DNA of 64,000 nt, from assembly GCA_964512485.1 (NCBI GenBank), contig CAZEHJ010000004.1, positions 3,400-67,399 of the forward strand. Reading direction: 5' to 3'. Origin of the DNA: an uncultured Rhodothermales bacterium (GTDB lineage: Bacteria; Bacteroidota; Rhodothermia; Rhodothermales; UBA10348). The notes under the pieces are model-generated. The model was not told where the DNA came from, made no database searches, and worked only from the letters and a program-made list of their open reading frames with translations. This document shows, one piece after another, positions 57,490 to 64,000 of the stretch (position 1 is its first letter; every line of letters begins with the position of its first letter). A program made the translations under genes and the position numbers.

Positions 57490-59994
57490 ATGAATCAGGA
57501 TCTGGTTCTTCTTCTGGATGACGATCCAGAACAGAGTATTCCCCTTCCTACGGCTGACGAAGAGAAGGCAATGAGCACGTCCGATATTCCGGACACGCTG
57601 CCCATTCTCACACTTCGCAATACAGTCCTCTTCCCGGGTGTGGTTCTCCCCATCACGGTTGGCCGCGATACGTCATTGAAGCTCGTCAAGGATGCGTTTG
57701 GAGATGACCGATTGATCGGCGTTGTAGCTCAACGCAGTTCCGAGACAGAGAATCCGACTCCTGGCGACCTGTTCGAATACGGTACTGTGGCAAGCATCCT
57801 CAAGCTGATCAAGATGCCCGACGGAACGAAGTCGATCGTAATTCAGGGCAAGCGGCGATTCAGGGTGTCCGAGTATGTACAGGTCGATCCATACTTCACC
57901 GCGCGCGTCGAGCCGGTCGTAGAAGACCTCGCCGGAGAAGACATTGAAATCCAGGCACGGATCAGATCGATAAAGGAACTGGCGATTCAAATTGTCAATC
58001 TTTCTCCGAATCTGCCAAGTGAGGCAGCTTACGCGATCCAGAATATCGAGTCACCGACCTTTCTGATTCACTTCATTGCCTCGAATCTTCAGATTGAGGT
58101 GGAAGACAAGCAGGATTTGCTTGAAACACTTCCTCTCATAGATCGAGCCGATCTGGTAATGGACTATCTGAACCAGGAACTGCAGGTTCTGCAGCTCTCG
58201 GAAGAAATCCGCACGCGAGTCAAAACAGATGTCGACCAACAGCAGCGAGAATACCTGTTGCGTCAGCAGTTGAAGGCTATCCAGGACGAATTGGGAGAAA
58301 CCGAGGGCAACGGAGCAGAGGTCCGGGACCTGAGAGACAAAGCAGAACAGAAGGCTCTTCCCGATTACGTCAGAGAAGTACTGAACAAGGAAATGGACAA
58401 GCTGTCCAGATCCAATCCGGCTTCTCCCGACTACGCGGTGACCAGAAATTACATCGACTGGATTCTCGATATCCCGTGGCTCGACTATTCGAAAGACAAA
58501 CTTGATATTCCGAAAGCCGGCAAGATCCTGAATGAAGACCATTATGGTCTCGAAGCCGTCAAGCAGCGTATTCTCGAATACCTCGCCGTGCTGAAGCTGA
58601 AAGGAGATATGAAAGCACCCATTCTTTGCTTTCATGGTCCTCCGGGAGTTGGAAAAACCAGTCTGGGCAAGAGCATCGCCCGTGCCCTCGGGCGCGAATT
58701 CGTCCGCATGTCACTGGGTGGCGTCCGGGATGAAGCCGAAATTCGCGGCCATCGTCGCACGTATGTAGGTGCTCTCCCGGGCAGGGTTATTCAGGGCATG
58801 AAGAAGGCGGGGACAGCGAATCCTGTCTTTATGTTGGATGAAGTTGACAAGCTGGGCTCCGACTTTCGCGGAGATCCATCTTCGGCGCTGCTCGAAGTAC
58901 TGGATCCGGAGCAGAACATCGCCTTCAACGATCACTATCTGGAAGTCGATTACGATCTCTCCAACGTCTTATTCATCGCGACGGCGAACTATCTGGAGAT
59001 GATTCCTGCACCTCTGCGTGACCGAATGGAGATGATCGAAATCAACGGATACACGCAGGAAGAAAAACTGGCGATCGCGAAACAGTACCTGGTTCCAAGA
59101 CAGATTGACCGAAACGGGCTCAAGAAAGAGCAATTCAATATCTCGAATCAAGCACTGAAACTGGTCATCGATGGCTACACCCGTGAATCCGGTGTTCGAC
59201 AGCTTGAAAGGACCGTAGGGGCGGTAGCCCGTGGAGTCGCCAAGAAAGTTGCCATGGGTGAATCTGACGGCGAAAAAGTCGAAGCAGAACACATCGAGTC
59301 CTACCTGAAGGCTCGTAAATACTTCTCTGACGTTGCCGAGAGAACCGTCGTCCCCGGTGTTGCGACCGGGCTCGCCTGGACCCCGGTCGGCGGAGACATC
59401 CTCTTCATCGAGGTTTCCGTCTCACGTGGCTCAGGCCGAATGATCCTGACCGGGCAGTTGGGCGATGTAATGAAAGAATCGGCTCAGGCAGCTCTCTCCT
59501 ACGTAAAGGCCAACGCAGACAACTGGGACATTCCTTCCGATGCGTTCCGCTATTGGGATCTACATATTCACGTACCTGCTGGTGCCGTCCCGAAGGATGG
59601 ACCCTCTGCCGGTGTGGCTATGTTGAGTGCACTGATCTCCATCTACACGCAGCGTCGAGTCCTACACAACGTCGCCATGACAGGTGAAATCACGCTCAGA
59701 GGTCTGGTCCTTCCGGTGGGTGGTATCAAGGAAAAAGTCCTTGCTGCGAAGCGCGCCGGGATCAAAGCAGTCATTCTTCCTGAAAAGAACCGCAAAGATG
59801 TCGAGGAGATAAAAGCGTCCTCACTTCGCGGTCTGAAGATTACGTACGTGAAGAGAATGGAAGATGTGGTTGAGCTGGCGTTGCAAAAACGAGCGATCAA
59901 CAAGCCTCGGGCGTTCTTTACGATTCCCGATTCGGAAAAACCGAACGTCAAAGCGGGATCTAACGGAACTGCCCATTCGAGCGCAAACGCATAA
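57490..59994 (+). CDS. lon: ATP-dependent protease La (LonA)
   Basis: LON N-domain, GPPGVGKTS, HRRTYVGALPG, PKDGPSAG, GGIKEK. Confidence 0.98.
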   Translation: MNQDLVLLLDDDPEQSIPLPTADEEKAMSTSDIPDTLPILTLRNTVLFPGVVLPITVGRDTSLKLVKDAFGDDRLIGVVAQRSSETENPTPGDLFEYGTVASILKLIKMPDGTKSIVIQGKRRFRVSEYVQVDPYFTARVEPVVEDLAGEDIEIQARIRSIKELAIQIVNLSPNLPSEAAYAIQNIESPTFLIHFIASNLQIEVEDKQDLLETLPLIDRADLVMDYLNQELQVLQLSEEIRTRVKTDVDQQQREYLLRQQLKAIQDELGETEGNGAEVRDLRDKAEQKALPDYVREVLNKEMDKLSRSNPASPDYAVTRNYIDWILDIPWLDYSKDKLDIPKAGKILNEDHYGLEAVKQRILEYLAVLKLKGDMKAPILCFHGPPGVGKTSLGKSIARALGREFVRMSLGGVRDEAEIRGHRRTYVGALPGRVIQGMKKAGTANPVFMLDEVDKLGSDFRGDPSSALLEVLDPEQNIAFNDHYLEVDYDLSNVLFIATANYLEMIPAPLRDRMEMIEINGYTQEEKLAIAKQYLVPRQIDRNGLKKEQFNISNQALKLVIDGYTRESGVRQLERTVGAVARGVAKKVAMGESDGEKVEAEHIESYLKARKYFSDVAERTVVPGVATGLAWTPVGGDILFIEVSVSRGSGRMILTGQLGDVMKESAQAALSYVKANADNWDIPSDAFRYWDLHIHVPAGAVPKDGPSAGVAMLSALISIYTQRRVLHNVAMTGEITLRGLVLPVGGIKEKVLAAKRAGIKAVILPEKNRKDVEEIKASSLRGLKITYVKRMEDVVELALQKRAINKPRAFFTIPDSEKPNVKAGSNGTAHSSANA

Positions 59995-60062
59995 TCCCTG
60001 CTGATTGCCTCCAGGCTCGCTACGCTAGGCATCTCTGCTGAACTGATCCTCACTGTTGAGGG

Positions 60063-60287
60063 CTAGAGCGGAGTCTCGTCCTCTTCCAGTACCACGGCAT
60101 CGTCAATTTCGTCGTCCATGCCTTCCGCAAACGCATTTTCGGCGAGGGTCCAGACGTCACCAATCGTATTGACAGTAAAATCCACGACAGCACCGAGCGT
60201 TTTGAACGCAGTACCGGCAATAAACACAGCCTTTCCGACGGTGTTCAGGCGGTCGAACTCGACGATTCTGTTGTCTTCACTGGACAT
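60063..60287 (-). CDS. Hypothetical small acidic protein (paralog of the upstream ORF)
   Basis: 74-aa ORF with amphipathic helix and acidic tail; shares a motif with 60309-60677. Confidence 0.6.
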   Translation of the reverse strand: MSSEDNRIVEFDRLNTVGKAVFIAGTAFKTLGAVVDFTVNTIGDVWTLAENAFAEGMDDEIDDAVVLEEDETPL

Positions 60288-60308
60288 AGCCTGATGGTTA
60301 GAATGAGG

Positions 60309-60677
60309 TCAGGCGTCGTCTTCAGTTGCCTTTTTTGAAGTGGTCTTCTTGGCAGACTTCTTCGTGGTCTTTTTCTTGGGAGCGGCCTTCTTCTTCGCTG
60401 CTGTTTTGACCTTTTCTGTAGCGTCTTCTACCGCATCCTCGGCCGCATCCATAGCGTCTTCCGCTTTATCCTTCGCTTCTTTTGCTGCTTCCTCAGCTTT
60501 CGAAACTGCGTCTTTTACCACGTCACTCATCTGATCGCCTGCTTTCTGCAGACCATCAACAACGGTTTTCAGTGCAGATTCAACGAGGAAGAATGCTCTT
60601 TCTTCGATGCCCAAGCCTTCGAATGCATCTCGTGCGGAGAAATATTCTTTTGAGCGTTTGTCGGCGTTTTCTGACAT
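60309..60677 (-). CDS. Hypothetical protein with LEA-like A/E/K/D helix and Lys-rich (histone H1-like) tail
   Basis: AEEAAKEAKDKAEDAMDAAEDA and AAKKKAAPKKKTTKKSAKK segments. Confidence 0.7.
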   Translation of the reverse strand: MSENADKRSKEYFSARDAFEGLGIEERAFFLVESALKTVVDGLQKAGDQMSDVVKDAVSKAEEAAKEAKDKAEDAMDAAEDAVEDATEKVKTAAKKKAAPKKKTTKKSAKKTTSKKATEDDA

Positions 60678-60756
60678 GACTGATCGGTTTGGAGTTCGCG
60701 TTGATGTTATAACTGCAGTAGACGGAATCGCGTTAACGATGTTGCGCCAAATAAAA

Positions 60757-60786
60757 CGGGCGGGGGGCCTTCTGGCCCCCCGCCCG
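60757..60786 (-). terminator. Intrinsic terminator of ppdK
   Basis: 13-bp perfect stem CGGGCGGGGGGCC/GGCCCCCCGCCCG followed by TTTTATTT on the minus strand, just after the ppdK stop. Confidence 0.88.
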
Positions 60787-60813
60787 CATAACTTTCAATC
60801 ATCCGTGGCGATC

Positions 60814-63462
60814 TTATTCGTTGGCCAGATGAGCTTGAGCCGCAGCCAAGCGAGCGATCGGCACACGGAACGGAGAGCATGACACGTAATCCATTCCCAC
60901 TTCGAAACAGAAGTGAACGGAGTGAGGATCTCCACCGTGCTCGCCACAGATCCCAACTTTGAGTCCTTCACGGGCCTCACGACCGCGATCGGTACCCATG
61001 CGGACCAATTGCCCCACGCCCGAGACGTCGAGCGACTGGAACGGATCCTCAGGAAGAATCTTGCGATCTACATACTCAGGCAGGAAGACGCCGGCATCGT
61101 CGCGACTGTACCCGAACGTCATCTGCGTCAGATCATTCGTTCCGAATGAGAAAAACTCAGCTTCTTTGGCAATCTGATCTGCAGTCAGTGCCGCCCGCGG
61201 GATCTCGATCATCGTTCCGATCAGATAATCGACCGTTGCGCCTTTTTCTTCGAAGACCTTGTCGGCCGTAGCCTTGATCACATCGCGCTGATTGACGTAC
61301 TCCTCAACAGTACCGATCAGTGGAACCATGATCTCAGGCATGACGCTTACGCCCTGCTGACTCAGCTCAAGAGCAGCTTCAATGATTGCTCGAGCCTGCA
61401 TTTCCGTAATTTCGGGGTACGTGACTCCCAAACGGCAACCACGATGACCGAGCATCGGATTGAATTCGGACAGCGATTCGACTTTGGCCTGGACGATTTC
61501 GTAGGTGACGCCCATTTTTTCCGCCATGGCCCGTTTGTCCGCCTCCTCGTGAGGAAGGAACTCGTGAAGCGGTGGATCGAGAAGACGAACCGTGACGGGT
61601 TTTCCTTCCATCGCCTTGAATATGCCCAGGAAATCTTCTTTCTGATAAGGAAGCAACTTGGCAAGCGCCGTTCGGCGAGCAGGCTCATCTGAGGCTAGAA
61701 TCATCTCTCGAACACTGTCGATTCGGTCGCCTTCGAAGAACATATGCTCTGTACGACAAAGACCGATTCCTTCCGCGCCAAATTCGATGGCTTTCGCGGC
61801 ATCTGCAGGAGCGTCAGCGTTGGTGCGAACGCGCATAGTGCGATGCTCGTCCACCCATGCCATGAACGTACCGAAATCCCCCGTCAGTTCTGGCGCAACA
61901 AGTTTCTGAGCGCCTCTGATGACTTCGCCAGTGGTTCCATTGATTGAAATCCAGTCGCCTTCGTTGACCGTAACAGAGCCATTGGTGAACGACTTGGCTG
62001 CGTAGTTGATCACAACATCTCCGCAACCTGCTACACACGGCTTGCCCCAACCACGTGCAACCACGGCGGCGTGTGAGGTCATTCCGCCACGAGAGGTCAA
62101 AATTCCCTCAGCTGCATTCATTCCGCCGACATCTTCCGGGCTTGTTTCGATTCGAACCAGAATCACTTTTTTGCCGGCGGCGTGTGCTTCTTCAGCTCCT
62201 TCCGCAGAAAACACGACCTGTCCGACCGCTGCACCCGGTGAAGCTGGCAGTCCTTTTGCGATGACATCGTCTTTGTAAGCCGTAATGTCTTCGAACCCCG
62301 GGTGGAGAAGCTGATCCAGATGGCCGGGCTCAACCATATCCCGAACAGCTTCTTTAGACGTGATCAATCCCTCATCAACCATGTCTACCGCAACTTTGAT
62401 AGCGGCGGCACCAGTTCGTTTTCCGTTCCTGGTCTGCAGGATGAAGAGATTGCCTTCCTGAACCGTGAACTCAATATCCTGAATATTGCGGTAGTGACGC
62501 TCAAGCTGCTGCGTGACATCAACCAACCGCTCGTAGGCAGGCGGGAATTCGTTGGCCATCTGAGAAATGTCTTCCGGCGTCCTGATTCCGGCTACAACAT
62601 CTTCCCCCTGTGCGTTGACGAGGAATTCGCCATATAGTTTGTTCTCTCCGTTGGACGGGTTTCTGGTGAAAAGAACCCCCGTCCCACTTCCGTCGCCCAT
62701 GTTGCCATAGACCATGGCCTGCACGTTGACGGCCGTTCCTATCAGATTGGTAATCTTGTTGATCGAACGATACTTGAGTGCACGTTCTCCATCCCAAGAT
62801 CCGAACACCGCATTGATCGAGAGCTTCAACTGCTCGAAAGGATCGTCTGGAAACATGAATCCAGTGTGCTGCCGATAAATCGCTTTGTACCGGTCAACCA
62901 GGATCCGAAGATCATCCCCCGAAAGGTCAACGTCTTCTTCGACTCCTTTTTCCTTTTTCAGGGCTTCAATTGCCTCTTCAAAATGGCCGTGATGCACGCC
63001 CATGACAACATCACCAAACATGTCGATGAATCTGCGATACGCATCGAACGCAAATCGCACATTACCTGTCTTTTTGGCCAGACCCTCAACAGCTGCGTCG
63101 TTGAGACCAAGGTTCAGGACGGTGTCCATCATTCCCGGCATGGACACGGCTGCTCCGGAACGAACAGAAACGAGAAGTGGGTTTTCCGAATCACCGAATC
63201 CAGCATTCATTTCGGAAGCGATGTGCTCGATTCCGTCACGAATCTGCTCTTCCAGTCCCTTCGGCCAAGAGCCTTTTGTATCGCTGTAATATTTACAGGT
63301 GTCCGTGTTGATGGTGAAACCTGGAGGTACCGGAAGCCCGATGGAGCTCATTTCGGCCAGGTTTGCTCCTTTGCCACCCAGATGGGCCTTCATCGACTTG
63401 TTGCCCTCTGCGATACTGTCGCCAAATTTGTAGACCATCTTGGTCAGAGTCTCTACTTCCAT
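60814..63462 (-). CDS. ppdK: Pyruvate, phosphate dikinase
   Basis: [43 protein letters not shown] (phospho-His), [19 protein letters not shown]; probable start MEVETL at 63462 rather than 63666. Confidence 0.98.
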   Translation of the reverse strand: MEVETLTKMVYKFGDSIAEGNKSMKAHLGGKGANLAEMSSIGLPVPPGFTINTDTCKYYSDTKGSWPKGLEEQIRDGIEHIASEMNAGFGDSENPLLVSVRSGAAVSMPGMMDTVLNLGLNDAAVEGLAKKTGNVRFAFDAYRRFIDMFGDVVMGVHHGHFEEAIEALKKEKGVEEDVDLSGDDLRILVDRYKAIYRQHTGFMFPDDPFEQLKLSINAVFGSWDGERALKYRSINKITNLIGTAVNVQAMVYGNMGDGSGTGVLFTRNPSNGENKLYGEFLVNAQGEDVVAGIRTPEDISQMANEFPPAYERLVDVTQQLERHYRNIQDIEFTVQEGNLFILQTRNGKRTGAAAIKVAVDMVDEGLITSKEAVRDMVEPGHLDQLLHPGFEDITAYKDDVIAKGLPASPGAAVGQVVFSAEGAEEAHAAGKKVILVRIETSPEDVGGMNAAEGILTSRGGMTSHAAVVARGWGKPCVAGCGDVVINYAAKSFTNGSVTVNEGDWISINGTTGEVIRGAQKLVAPELTGDFGTFMAWVDEHRTMRVRTNADAPADAAKAIEFGAEGIGLCRTEHMFFEGDRIDSVREMILASDEPARRTALAKLLPYQKEDFLGIFKAMEGKPVTVRLLDPPLHEFLPHEEADKRAMAEKMGVTYEIVQAKVESLSEFNPMLGHRGCRLGVTYPEITEMQARAIIEAALELSQQGVSVMPEIMVPLIGTVEEYVNQRDVIKATADKVFEEKGATVDYLIGTMIEIPRAALTADQIAKEAEFFSFGTNDLTQMTFGYSRDDAGVFLPEYVDRKILPEDPFQSLDVSGVGQLVRMGTDRGREAREGLKVGICGEHGGDPHSVHFCFEVGMDYVSCSPFRVPIARLAAAQAHLANE

Positions 63463-63778
63463 TTCTCTCAATTGGATATTGAAGGATATATTGTTGCGCG
63501 ACGGAATCGCGTCCTTTCCGAACCACTGCGAATAATGCACAACCGATAGATTGACACTATAGGTCATATTTCGCTGTGGGCGAATCCTGACGAAGATACG
63601 GCTCTGGCATACGTCAGTGCTTGTTTTGCATACTAAGAAATCATTAAACGCTGGTAGCGCTTCCAAGAACCCAAAACACTCAACATGGAACGCATCATGG
63701 CAAGACGCGTGTGAGGGGTCGAAAATTTGAATATTCCTTCCCTACCCGGGAGCGCAGTCAGCACGAAGAGATTTGTTT

Positions 63779-64000
63779 ATGAAGCGACTTGTCGTCGTTG
63801 AGTCACCGACCAAAGCCAGAACCATTCGGAAATTTCTTTCAGGTGATTACCTGGTTGAAGCGAGCATGGGGCATGTACGTGACCTTCCACCATCTGCGTC
63901 CCAGATTCCGGAGAAGTTCAAGAAACAGAAGTGGTCCCGTTTGGGCGTAAATGTAGAGGAAGACTTTTCTCCGCTCTACATCGTCCCGACCGATAAAAAG
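63779..64000 (+). CDS. topA: DNA topoisomerase I, 5' part (truncated by window end)
   Basis: [49 protein letters not shown] start. Confidence 0.95.
   Translation, partial: MKRLVVVESPTKARTIRKFLSGDYLVEASMGHVRDLPPSASQIPEKFKKQKWSRLGVNVEEDFSPLYIVPTDKK

Noticed and set aside
63463-63666. 68-aa N-terminal extension of PpdK in the ORF track
   Set aside because: PPDK homology starts near [13 protein letters not shown]; the extension runs through the AT-rich divergent ppdK/topA promoter region.

Overview
A 64 kb chromosomal window from a bacterium that is most likely Rhodothermota or related FCB group. This is inferred from T9SS C-terminal sorting domains of the NYPNPF type, DUF4270/DUF4175/truncated-GlgA genes, tandem skp genes and retained Shine-Dalgarno sites. 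Most of the window is housekeeping: folD, osmC-like, surE, panB, skp x2, bamA, uppS, rseP, dxr, serS, pyrF, eno, ftsB, glucokinase, lptD, sucC, lptF/G, cystathionine beta-synthase, lon, ppdK and the 5' end of topA. I found no rRNA, tRNA, CRISPR array, integrase or IS. The standout is a ~9.4 kb co-directional accessory locus at 1120-10551. It encodes a T9SS-secreted beta-helical adhesin-like protein, three paralogous cysteine-free pilin-like subunits, a two-Ig chaperone-like protein and a 1271-aa usher-like outer-membrane protein. The last ~260 aa of the usher-like protein align by eye with a complete MscS mechanosensitive-channel module. This suggests an uncharacterised chaperone-usher-like fimbrial system possibly coupled to an inner-membrane mechanosensor. 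Secondary candidates are a switch-like RNA leader with a terminator upstream of a TonB-dependent receptor, a Tat+T9SS dual-signal DUF1501 protein paired with a signal-less DUF1800, and a tandem pair of small paralogous unknown proteins. All family assignments come from motif recognition by eye; no database searches were run.
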